The notes beneath the pieces were generated by a model. The model was not told the DNA's origin and searched no databases. It saw only the letters and a program-made list of their open reading frames with translations. From NCBI GenBank assembly GCA_951406725.2, contig OX597839.1, positions 3,720,001 to 3,784,000 on the forward strand: a stretch of DNA of 64,000 bases. Reading direction: 5' to 3'. Each line of letters starts with the position of its first letter. Positions within the stretch are counted from its first letter, which is position 1. This DNA is from Octopus vulgaris. Taxonomy: Eukaryota. The position numbers and the translations under genes are program-made. Shown here in pieces: positions 52,592 through 64,000 of this stretch.

Positions 52592-53515
52592 CCTCCTTCT
52601 TCCTTAGCGTCCAATAATACTATATTTGTTCCACGTCCTCGCGTTGTTGTGTATTTTTGTGTTTTCTTGTTTGGATTAACTATATATATATATCAAAATA
52701 AGATTGTAGCGGCGATCGTGCATCCTAGCACGCGTTTTAAGAAGGGAAAGCGGAAACTGAAAGAAGCACGTTGTGTGTGTGTGTGTGTGTCTTTGTGTCT
52801 TGGTTTGTCTCCACACCACCATCGCTTGACAATCGATGTTGCTGTGTTTACATATCCGTAACTGAGCGGTTCGGCAAAGGATACCGATAGAATAAGCACT
52901 AGGCTTATTGTGGGAGGGGAGATAACTGCACGCTAATCCCCCTCCTGCCAAAGTTATCGTGTCTCCATACTGTAAAAGCCAAATATAAATACACACAGAT
53001 TAAAGTTATCAACAGGATATTTCGTCGCTAATCCCCCCCACAAAATATCTTGGTCAAGTATATGAAAAAATCCGGGGCGTTGTTTTATGGCCATTTTTTT
53101 CCCTTTTTTCCTTCTTCATTCAAAAGGGCGGTGCTCCAGCATGGCCACAGTCAAATGACTGAAACGTCTGCCATTCTGTAAACACTTTCTTTATACGACA
53201 TAAGAATTAAATTAAGAAGAAAATGAGATTATATCACTACTTACCTTATTTGCGTCGGCATAATCCTATCAATTATAATTTTACATACTATTTTTCCATG
53301 TCCCACACAAGACACAAATAAACAAATATGAAGGTTACTTTGGACAAGGCAGTGGTTTTAAGTCAAGGGCACAGGTGTAGGGACCCAATTTTAATCTATG
53401 TATGCTGTGGCTTGCTGTCAATAAATGAATACAATAGAGCTCAAATGAATTGTTTCGCCCATCGGCTTATAATACAGTTAATTCGGCCTTGGGACAAGGT
53501 ACTGCTGGGACAAAC

Positions 53516-54081
53516 GGTAGTACTAGCGAACTGGCAGAACCGTTAGCACGCCGGGCGAAATGCGTAGCGGTATTTCGTCTGCGTTACGCTCTAAGTTCAA
53601 ATTCCGCCGAGGTCGACTTTGCCTTTCATCCTTTCGGGGTCGATAAATTAAGTACCAGTTACGCACTGAGGTCGATGTAATCGACTTAATACCTATGTCT
53701 GTCCTTGTTTGTCCCCTCTGTGTTTAGCCCCTTGTGGGTAATAAAGAAATAGGTACTATTAGCGAACAGTGGTCCCGGTGCGCGCACTCGCGCATCCGCG
53801 CTAGCTAGTCGTAAGTAGTCGATCCTACAACGACTTTTTAACCCTAACCCTAAACTTAATTTTTTAACCTTAATCCTTAATCCTAAACCTAATTTTTTAA
53901 CCTTAATCCTAACCCTAACCTTAGTTTGTTTATAAACATAATTTATTTACTTAGTTTAAAAAATTATTTACTTTGCGTTTTATTTACTTTGTTCGAAAAA
54001 TATTATTTAATTTTCTTTGATATGTATTCAGCCTAGCTAGCGCGAGTGCGCGCACCGGGACCACTGTTCGCTAATTGTACC
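53516..54081. mobile_element. Merlin-like MITE with internal CCCTAA/CCTTAA repeats; SINE nested in left TIR
   Basis: ~40 bp TIRs ggtactattagcgaacagtggtcccggtgcgcgcactcgcgc; 8-bp TSD ggacaaac at 53508-53515 and 54082-54089. Confidence 0.85.
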
Positions 54082-54864
54082 GGACAAACTGTTGTTATAA
54101 GATAGAGAGAGTGGTTGGGGGAACAGGAATATTTTTAGCCTGATTATACTTTTCTTCGATTAAAAATATTCTTTTCTACATTTTAAATGACTGAAATTGT
54201 CGTTATATAGACACATCCTACAAAATCCTACAATTTTTTTTCACACAATAGTTTGTAGTGTTTGATTTCATTGAATAGTGAAAGGTATGAAGAGAGAGAA
54301 GCGTAGACATTTTTTTTTTTTTTTTCACGATTTCCAAATGTTTCAGAATATGGTATATAATGAAATGTCTAAAAATAACGGGTAAAATTTTTTTGTTGAC
54401 GGTGGTTGCTGTTTTAGGAGCAAGGAACAACGTTTCAAATATATGGATTTTAAAAAAATGTGTTTCAGAATATGGTGTATGATAACGTGAAGGGCAGACA
54501 TTTAAAAATTATGGATTTAATTTTTTCCCGCCTTTTTAGGAAAAAACTCCTTCCCCGCATTTAAAAACATATATTTTTCTGAAAGTTAATGAAGAAAAAA
54601 AAATTATTGGAGGGTTACACTTGTGTAGAGATACAAAATTTTAATTCAAAACTAAAAATAAAAAATGTTTATTTGAGAACATTCCAGCTTCTGCCCCAAA
54701 CAGGGAGTAGTTGAAATGAAATGGCTTCACTGTGTTATTATTAAAATAGCTGTACACATTCATAATAAGCACTCATAGTATATATATATCAAGGCATACA
54801 TATATGCTTAAGACGATGAATAAAATTACATACATAAATAGTTTAATGATCAGATAATTTTAAC

Positions 54865-54904
<40 letters not shown>

Positions 54905-56046
54905 GAGAGCAAAAAAAAATGTAGGGGATCAAAAGATGGTATTTATCAACTTTCAGACATAATGTTTTTATGTCTAAATAAAAAAAAATCGTTTTTTATT
55001 TCGTATATTTTCATTTCTCTTGCTTATTTTTACACTTTGGTTTTTTGCTGAATTTTTTCTTGAGAACACATTCTTCGTGGTAAATGGCGAGTTTGACGTC
55101 TATTTCTAGCATACAGGCTGTCCACTATTAGTGGTCATTCCTCTAAATTTTGTATGTATAAAATTTTTAATTTTCGGATTTTTTTAAAAATATGCTAGGC
55201 CACTGGTTTTAATTGATTAATATCAATTTCTACCCTTATTGAATTTAAAATTTTTCAATATTCTTTTCTACTCTGGGCACAAGACCTGAAATTTTGGGGG
55301 AAGGGGCCAATCAATTAGATCGACGCCCGTGGGCAAATGGTACTTAATTTATCGACCCCGAAAGGATGAAAGGAAAAGTCGACCTCGGCGGAATTTGAAC
55401 TCAGAACGTAACGGCATACGAAATACCAATTTCTTTACTACTCACAAGGGGCTAAACATAGAGGGGACAAACAAGGACAGACAAGGAGATTAAGTCGATT
55501 ACATTGACCCCAGTGCGTAGCTGGTACTTAATTTATCGACCCCGAAAGGATCAAAGGCAAAGTCGACCTTCTAATTTGAAATCAGAACGTAAAGACAAAC
55601 GAAATACTGCTAAGCATTTCGCCCGGCGTGCTAACGTTTCTGCCAAGAGCAGAAAAGTTTATAATTTCATCTAAAAGGCCGGACCAAATGCTCAGTAGCA
55701 TTTCGTCTGTCTTTATGTTCTGAGTTCAAATTTCTCCGAGGCCGACTTTATCTTTCATCCCTTCGGGGTCGATAAATTAAGTACCAGTTGCATACTGAGG
55801 TAGATCCACTCGACTGGCCACCTCCCCCAAAATTTCGGGGCTTTGTGCTCAAAGTAAAAAAGAATAATCGTTTCCTCTAAAGTCAGCACGACAGAGCTAA
55901 CTCATGGTCGAAGGGATACAACTCTGACAGTGTTTGAGTGGAGAGAGGCGTTGACTGATGTTTCAAGCAGTTAGAACGGCCACGATGCGGCACCGTCATT
56001 GATATTGTTCTATTACTGGGTCGTACTTTTTAAAACTTATTCTTCT

Positions 56047-56062
56047 TTGCCACCTATTGGAA
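56047..56062 (-). promoter_or_regulatory. CTCF-like motif in unique intergenic DNA
   Basis: Minus strand TTCCAATAGGTGGCAA matches CCAxxAGRKGGCR core; motif match only. Confidence 0.25.
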
Positions 56063-56318
56063 AGAACTGGAGCCGTTTCTGAAAGTAATTAATTATGCGA
56101 AGGACCTTTAATTCATGTAACCGGTCTGATTTACAAGAGGGAAAAGTTGTTATCTACACCGCCACCCTTCTGTGTTGATAACTTTAATTAGTTCAATTAT
56201 ATATATAAATAAAATATAAATATATACATATATGTACATACCTACATATATGCGTATATATACATGCATATAAAAAAACGTTTAACCGTTTATTGATGTC
56301 CTGTACCCAAGATCGCCA

Positions 56319-56341
56319 CATATATATATATATATTATATA

Positions 56342-56438
<97 letters not shown>

Positions 56439-56445
56439 TATATAA

Positions 56446-56528
<83 letters not shown>

Positions 56529-56540
56529 TATATATATGCA
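56319..56540. repeat. Long (TA)n microsatellite
   Basis: ~220 bp nearly pure TA. Confidence 0.95.
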
Positions 56541-56627
56541 TATATTTATATTTTCTTTATATTATTATATGATCGAACGCCACGCATCCTTTTCTAAGTC
56601 AATTATATATATCATGTTTAGTATTTA

Positions 56628-57020
56628 CTAGCAAGCATCGCCCGGCGTTGCTCGCGTTTGTTTCGACCCTTTAGAATTAGAATTTTTGAAATGTAAAAAT
56701 TTTGCATTATGTAGCTTGTTATTCTCTTTAAGTGAACATTTTTCTGGTTGAAATACACCGAAAAGTGGCGACACAGCAGTGAAAAAATCGTAAAAAAATA
56801 GGGATTTTCATAGAAAAAAAAGCAACTTTTTGGTGTAAATAATTTTTGGTGTTGACATGGTCCGATTTGAATTTTTTCTTCTACGGAAGGAAGAGCAAGC
56901 CTTCTTCTATGATACTCTCAATTTTGGTCAACTTGCGCCGCAGGGTCTTGGAGGAGATAGAGTTAGTTGAAGACTACCAAACCTGCCATACACAGACAAC
57001 TTCAGCTTTATATATATAGA
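56628..57020 (-). mobile_element. Non-autonomous Helitron
   Basis: Minus strand 5' TC, 3' GC-rich hairpin then CTAG, inserted between A and T, no TSD. Confidence 0.85.
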
Positions 57021-57218
57021 TTTTCATATTAAGGTGAACGTAGCGACAAGGACAATCTAGTCACACTGGGAACTGGAGTTTCTCTTTGGATACTACTTAA
57101 GAAGTGTGGTCCCGATGCGCGTATTCGCGCTAGCTAGTCGTGACTAGTCGATCCTACAACGACTACCTAGCAAAGTAAATAAAACAAAATAAATAATTTT
57201 CTGTTCGCTAGTAGTACC

Positions 57219-57803
57219 TATTTCTTTATTACCCACAAGGGGCTAAACACAGAGGGGACAAACATATGTTTTAAGTCGATTACATCGACCCCAGTGCGTA
57301 ATTGGTACTTAATTTATCGACCTCGAAAGGATGAAAGGCAAAGTCGACCTCGGCGGAATTTGAACCCACAACGTAACGACAGACGAAATACCTATTTCTT
57401 TATTATCCACAAGGGGCTAAACACAGAGGGGACAAACAAGGACAGACATAGGTATTAAGTCGATTACATCGACTCCAGTGCGTAACTGGTACTTATTTAA
57501 TCGACCCCGAAAGGATGAAAGGCAAAGTCGACCTCGGCGGAATTTGAACTCAGAACGTAACGACAGACGAAATACCTATTTCTTTATTATCCACAAGGGG
57601 CTAAACACAGAGGGGACAAACACGGACAGACATAGGTATTAAGTCGATTACATCGACTCCAGTGCGTAACTGGTACTTATTTAATCGACCCCGAAAGGAT
57701 GAAAGGCAAAGTCGATCTCGGCGGAATTTGAACTCAGAACGTAACGACAGACGAAATACCGCAAAGCATTTCGCCCGGCGCGCTAACGGTTCTGCCAGCT
57801 CGC
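57219..57803 (-). mobile_element. Head-to-tail trimer of SINE family B
   Basis: Units start 57219, 57393, 57577; single 13-bp TSD cgctagtagtacc at 57206-57218 and 57804-57816. Confidence 0.9.
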
Positions 57804-59317
57804 CGCTAGTAGTACCGCATACCGGCAACAGTGTGGCCCCAATCCATCGATTTTATTTCCTCATAACTTCCAGAAAAGGTGGATATTTTGTAATGAAACT
57901 TTCTCCAAGTACGCTCCACGTGGTATAGATTCCGATCATATCGGAATTTGTGGTGAAAAAAATTTCCGCGGGTGAGGAAAAGAGTTCTGGAAAATTCACG
58001 TGAGTCGGGTTTGCTTCCCTTATAAATTTCAGAAGAAAATGGGTAATTTTTTGAATGAAATTTTCTACACCTTTCAAAGTGTGTAGCTTACGATTATATC
58101 GGAATTTAATATGCAAAGAAAAATGGTGAGTACTCACACATACATACACACTGACATCAGAATCTTCTTTCGGAATTTCAAGTTTCGTTTTGTATATGTT
58201 TGTGATCCGTTTCGGCATATAAGCACATATAAATTATTAGTTATACTCATTTACTCTCTCTATCTCTCTCTCTATCTTTATCTTTCCTTCTCTATCTATC
58301 TTTATCTATCTCTCTATCTATCTTTATCTATCTCTCTATCTATCTTTATCTCTCTCTATCTATCTATTTATCTATCTTTCTCTCTCCCTATATCGCTCCT
58401 ATATCTCCCCCTTCTCTCGCTCTCTATCTATCTATCTTTCTCTCTCTCTCCGTCTATCTCCCGCCTCTCTCTCTATCTATCTTTTCCCTCCCTCCCTCCT
58501 CTTCATATATCTCTCCTATTTCCCCCATCTCTCTCTCTATTTATCTATCTTTCTCTCTCCGTATATCTTTCCTATAATTTCCCCTCCTCTCTCTCTGTAT
58601 CTCTCTTTCTCCCTCCCTCCTCTCTCTTTCTCTCTCCCTCCTCTCTCTCCGTATATTTTTCCTATAATTCCCCCTCCTCTCTCTCTCTCTGCATCTATCT
58701 TTCTCTTTCCCTCCTCTCTCTTTTCATATATCTCCCCTCTCTCTCTATTCATCTATCTTTCTCTCTCCCTCCTCTCTCTCCGTATATCTTTCCTACAACT
58801 CCCCCTCCTCTCTCTCTGTATCTATCTTTCTCCCTCCCTCCCTTTCTTTTTCCCTCCTCTCTCTTTTCATATATCTCTTCCTCCTCTCTTTTATCTCTCT
58901 CTCTCCAGTAAAAGTGAAGCAATTCGCGAATAACTTTCAGTGAAATGAAAATAAATTATACTTCATTTAAACAAGTCAGATAAAATCGAAATGCTATGTC
59001 CCCTACAGGGTACGATATTTTTCTTCGCCTCTACCTCGCCTGTCTTCTTAATTATTTATCAATGTATCAGGGATCGGGTGGAATAAATATCGGAGACACT
59101 CTGCCCCAAGCAAAGACTGCCGGGGCAAACCCTTTTTCTAAATCCATCGCAAACCTTCTGTATCATCAGCAGGGAGCCCACGACTGCAAAAAATTTGATG
59201 AATTTTATACGAGTTATTTCCCTTTAACTATAAACTTATTCGGTTGGCTACGTAAATCCTTGCGCGCGTACACACACGCACACATAGTGTAGTGCACCTA
59301 AGCTCTGTATACAGTAA

Positions 59318-59708
59318 CTAGCAGTATAACCCGGCGTTGCTCGGGTTTGTTTCGACCCTTTAGAATTGGAATGTTTGAAAAGTAAAAATTTTGCCTGATG
59401 CAGCTTGTTATTTTCTTTAAATGAACATTTTTCTGGTTGAAATATACCGAAAAATAGCGACACAGCAATAAAAAAAATCGTAAAAAAACAGGGATTTTCA
59501 TAGAAAAAAAGCACCTTTTTGATGTAAATAATTTTTGGTGTTAACATGGTCCGATTTGAATTTTTTCTTGTACAGGAAGGAAGAGCAAGCCTTCTTCTAT
59601 CATACTCTCAATTTTGGTCAACTTGCGCCGCAGGGTCTCGGAGGAGATAGTGTTAGTTGAAGGCTACCAAACCTGCCATACACAGACAACTTCAGCTTTA
59701 TATAGAGA
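59318..59708 (-). mobile_element. Non-autonomous Helitron, same family as 56628-57020
   Basis: Same internal sequence, cccgagcaacgccggg hairpin, CTAG end, A|T insertion. Confidence 0.85.
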
Positions 59709-61582
59709 TTTCTTTCGTAATTTTTCATATAGGTATATACGTATGCTCACGCAAATATATTTGTAGAAATACACACACACACATACATATATATATTTGT
59801 ACATAAATATACACATACATACACACACACACGCACATATACACCTGCACTTACACACACATACACGCACGCATATATACACATTCACGCTTACATCCAT
59901 ACGTACATCTAACCCCTTGAATACCACTCACACTTAGTTTCCCACACACATATTCACTCAGATACTCTGACGTTTCTTATGATAAACAGTAATATATATA
60001 ATCTACACACATAGGCGCAGGATTGGCTGTGTGGTAAGTAGCTTGCTAACCAACCACATGGTTCCGGGTTCAGTCCCACTGCGTAGCACCTTGGGCAAGT
60101 GTCTTCTGGGCCGACCAATGCCTTGTGAGTGGATTTGGTAGACGGAAACTGAAAGAAGCCTGTCGTATATATGTATATATATGTATGTTTGTGTGTCTGT
60201 GTTTGTCTCCCTAGCATTGCTTGACAACCGATGCTGGTGTGTTTACGTCCCCGTCACGTAGCGGTTCAACAAAAGAGTCCGATAGAATAAGTCCTGGGCT
60301 TACAAAGAATAAGTCCCGGGGTCGATTTGTTCGACTAAAGGCGGTGCTCCAGCATGGCCGCAGTCAAACGACTGAAACAAGTAAATGAGAGCGAGTAAAA
60401 GAGAAAAAGAGACATAGGCGCAGGAGTGGCTGTGTGGAATGTATTTTTTAAAAACAATGTTTTAGAGAAGCAGAGGGTCGGCGGGCGCCATCTGCCTTCT
60501 CCCATCTTTATCATTTTTCATCATAATCATCCACCTCATTAATGTCTATGTCTGGCCCGCAAGCTACTCTTTGTAATGCCTTTATGGCATATCTTTATGA
60601 AATAAAGTAGCTTGCTTTCCAACCACATGGTTCCAAGTTCATTCCCACTGCGTGGCACCTTGGGCAAGTGTCTTCTACTATAGCCTCGGACCGACCAAAG
60701 CCTTGTGAGTGGATTTGGTAGGCGGAAACTGAAAGAAGCCCGTCGTATATATGTATGTATGTATATATATATAAAGTATGTTTGTGTTTGTCCCCACCAG
60801 CATCGCTTGATAACCGATGGTGATGTGTTAGTTGAAGGCTACCAAACCTGACATACACAGACAACTTCAGATTTATATAGAGATTTCTTTCGTTATTTTT
60901 CATATATGTATATACTTACGCAAATATATTTGTAGAAATACACACACACACACATACATATATATATTTGTACATAAATATACACACACACATATATATA
61001 TCATCCCTCCCTCCCTCCCACCCAAAAGTAAATAGACATCTGTGTGTGTAAATAACTAAAAAAAAAATGTCTATTTACTTTTGAATCGTTAAGAGCCATG
61101 TGGATCCCAGAACCACTAGACTAAAAGTAAATAGGCACCTGTGTGTGTGTGTGTGTGTCAATATCTATAAAGGTGTCTATTTACTTTTGAACGGTCTGGT
61201 AAAAGCGTTCACTTGATTAGTCCCTATTTTACTGACTCCCCCCTCCCAATCCCCTATTTTCTTGTTCTCCTATTTTCATTGAAATACATCACATTTGTTT
61301 CAATTAACTTTGAAGATTATTTCCTTCTTGTTTCAGTCACTGGACTGTGCATGGCCATGCTGGAGTACACCTTGATAGGTTGTCAAACAAAACAAGCCCA
61401 GTACTTATTTTTTCGAAACCTGGTGCCTATTCTATCAATGTCTCCTACTGAACCACATAGTTATGGAGCCATAAACAAACCAACACCGGTTTGCTTATGT
61501 TGCTGTAATTATATATATATGGCGGTGCCCCAGCATGGCCACAGCTCATTAGCTGAAACTGGAAAAATCAAAATCAAAAAAT

Positions 61583-61617
<35 letters not shown>

Positions 61618-63054
61618 GCAGGTGTAGCTGTGTGATTAGAAGTTTGCTTGCTTCCCAACCATAGTTCCGTTGTATATATATATTCTTTTAATCTTTTACT
61701 TGTTTCAGTCATTTGACTGCGGCCATGCTGGAGCACCGCCTGAAGTCAAACAAATCGACCCCAGGACTTATTCTTATATTTATACATATATACCTATTTC
61801 TTTACTACCCACAAGGGGCTAAACATAGAAGGGAAAAACAAGGACAGACATAGGTATTAAGTCGATTATATCGACCCCAGTGCGTAACTGGTACTTAATT
61901 TATCGACCCTGAAAGGATGAAAGGCAAAGTGGACCTCGGCGGAATTTGAACTCAGAACGTAACGGCAGACAAAATACGACTACACATTTCGCCCAGCGTG
62001 CTAACGATTCTGCCAGCTCATACCATCATCATCATCATCCTCATCATAGGCACAGGAGAGGCCATGTGGTAAGTAGCTTGCTTACCAACCACATGGTTCC
62101 GGGTTCAGTCCCACTACATGGCACCTTGGGCAAGTGTCTTCTACTATAGCCTCAGGTCGACCAAAGCTTTGTGAGTGGATTTGGTAGACGGAAACTGAAA
62201 GAAGCCCGTTGTATATATGTATATATAAAAATATATAACAGCCATGTTATTTATCACTTTTTTTTTTGCATTAATTCGTTTGTACTTCGTTAAAAAAACA
62301 AAACAACAGCAAAACCACCCCCAAATATTTGATGAAACAATACCTAAAAACCAGCAAAGCATTACTCTTTTACTTGTTTCAGTCATTTGACTGCAGCCAT
62401 GCTGGAGCAAAACCTTTAATCGAGCAACTCGACCCTGGGACTTATTCTTTGTAAGCCCAGTACTTATTCTATCGGTCTCTTTTTGCCAAACCGCTAAGTG
62501 ACGGGGACATAGACACACCAGCATCGGTTGTCAAGCAATGCTAGGGGGACAAACACAGACACACAAACATATATATACATATATACGACGGACTTCTTTC
62601 AGTTTCCGTCTACCAAATCCACTCACAAGGCTTTGGTCTGCCCGGGGCTATAGCAGAAGACACTTGCTCAAGGTGCCACGCAGTGGGACTGAACCCGGAA
62701 CCATGTGGTTGGTAAACAAGCTACTTACCACACAGCCACTCCTGTCTAACAATCGTACAAACATAAATATATGTTTTAAAAAACTATAGTAAAACTGCAG
62801 AAAATCACAATTATAAGTAATAATTATTATTTAATAACAACATAGGCTGTCTGTCTGTTTCTCTCTCTCTCTCTCTCTTTCATATTCATTTATGCACATA
62901 GTATAGTCTTCATTTTCAAAAGGAAACAAGGAAGAAAATATAGTTTTTTCAACCATCAATATATCCTTCTACTGAACAGTTCTTCTGGTTACACTACTGT
63001 CTCATGATGTTGTTATATAGTTTTTATCCTGTTCAGTTCTTTAAAAAAAGTCAC

Positions 63055-63268
63055 TTATACAATTTTATCTAACCAGTCTAACAGAGACTGGAGGTCAACA
63101 GGTACATCTTCTTTACTCAGGGCTGTGCACTCAGCAAACTCAATTTTCAGTGAATGAACATCAGAGAATTCAAAATCCTTGTTCCTTTTGCCAAGATAGG
63201 TGTTGTTGTTTTCGGAGGCACCATCACTTCCTCCCAGGGAAGCTGAATGTGTTGTTCTTACCACGTTG
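63055..63268 (-). CDS. SRPRB: Signal recognition particle receptor subunit beta, terminal coding exon
   Basis: cttccag| acceptor; NVVRTTHSASL...YLGKRNKDFEFSDVHSLKIEFAECTA...DLQSLLDWLDKIV* aligns by eye with the SRPRB C-terminus (LGKKGKEFEFSQLPLKVEFLECSA...DLEKWLAKIA*); stop TAA at 63055-63057. Confidence 0.92.
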
Positions 63269-63466
63269 CTGGAAGCAGAGAAGTTTATTTATTACTACTT
63301 TGACTAACAGAGACAAGTACAAGAGATAGAACAAATTCAACAGTGGGAAAGTGCTTAGTGTATTAAATTGGCAACAAGCAAAAAAGAAAAAGATGTCTAA
63401 AGACTACAAACATTGGTTTCATGTGAAAACGTCCTTCTCCCTTTGTGCATTTACAATGACGATGAC

Positions 63467-63832
63467 AAGTTAAGTTAAGTTAATTTTTTGGCTCAAAAAG
63501 CAAAAAGCAAGGCCATGTAGGGAGACATGGAGTTATGTACAGGGAGGGTGTTCATGCAAAGAGTTCAGGCCATTTCTAGTCAAGGGAGACTTTGAACTGA
63601 GCGGTCGTCGGCATCTTCACTATCCTGTCCGGCAGCTTATTCCACGGATCCGCAACCCGGACGGAGAAAGCCCCTCTCCTTCGATTGAGTTGAAATCGTC
63701 GCAGATAGAGCTTTTCGGAGTGACCCCGCAGCCGACGCTCTGGAGCAGGAGTGAAGAACAGCTCTTTCGAGAGGTTACACTTTCCGCTTATGATGTTGTG
63801 AGCAAGAATGAGATCACCACGGCGTCGTCGTG
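63467..63832 (-). mobile_element. CR1/L2-type LINE 3' end in SRPRB intron
   Basis: RRRGDLI..LRGHSEKL..FSVRVADPWNKLP..FKVSLD* motif, (TTAAC)n tail. Confidence 0.85.
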
Positions 63833-64000
63833 GAAATTTCTGCTCCAAATGATGATTTGGAGCAGAAATTCCAGACATGGAAACCAAACCAAGACTTGAA
63901 TGACCTTAACTCTTAACCTTTTTGTTAGCATATTTCTGTTGAGATGCTCTGTGTTTCTTTCAATTAATTTTTAATATAACAAAGAATTTAGTAAAATAAC

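Noticed and set aside
53838-53922. Chromosome end or telomere fusion site
   Set aside because: Short degenerate hexamers enclosed by TIRs and TSD, i.e. internal to a MITE.

Overview
Eukaryotic, AT-rich, microsatellite- and SINE-dense genomic DNA; the repeat families and (TA)n/(CA)n density resemble an Octopus (coleoid cephalopod) genome (inference, not a database hit). Positions 1-49.5 kb hold one minus-strand gene. I chained 20 GT-AG coding exons with consistent phases by hand (47776 down to 1737, 3627 nt, 1209 codons, continuing off the left edge); they encode a long coiled-coil protein whose N-terminus resembles CCDC30. The terminal exon of SRPRB lies at 63055-63268 (minus). Introns and intergenic DNA carry several SINE families, RTE and CR1-type LINE 3' ends, hAT/mariner/piggyBac/Merlin-like MITEs, two non-autonomous Helitrons, two tRNA pseudogenes and a rearranged 28S rRNA fragment. 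The most interesting observations are: (1) a young Naiad-type Penelope-like element with an intact RT-thumb/GIY-YIG frame, a 184-bp palindrome and a hammerhead ribozyme, plus five more minimal hammerhead motifs in (TA)n-associated elements; (2) four Merlin-like MITEs with differing TIRs that all carry CCCTAA telomeric hexamers; (3) a 28S fragment with twin-priming-like inversion ending at the R2/I-PpoI target site; (4) precise head-to-tail SINE multimers. Most ORFs in the supplied track are microsatellite or SINE artefacts.
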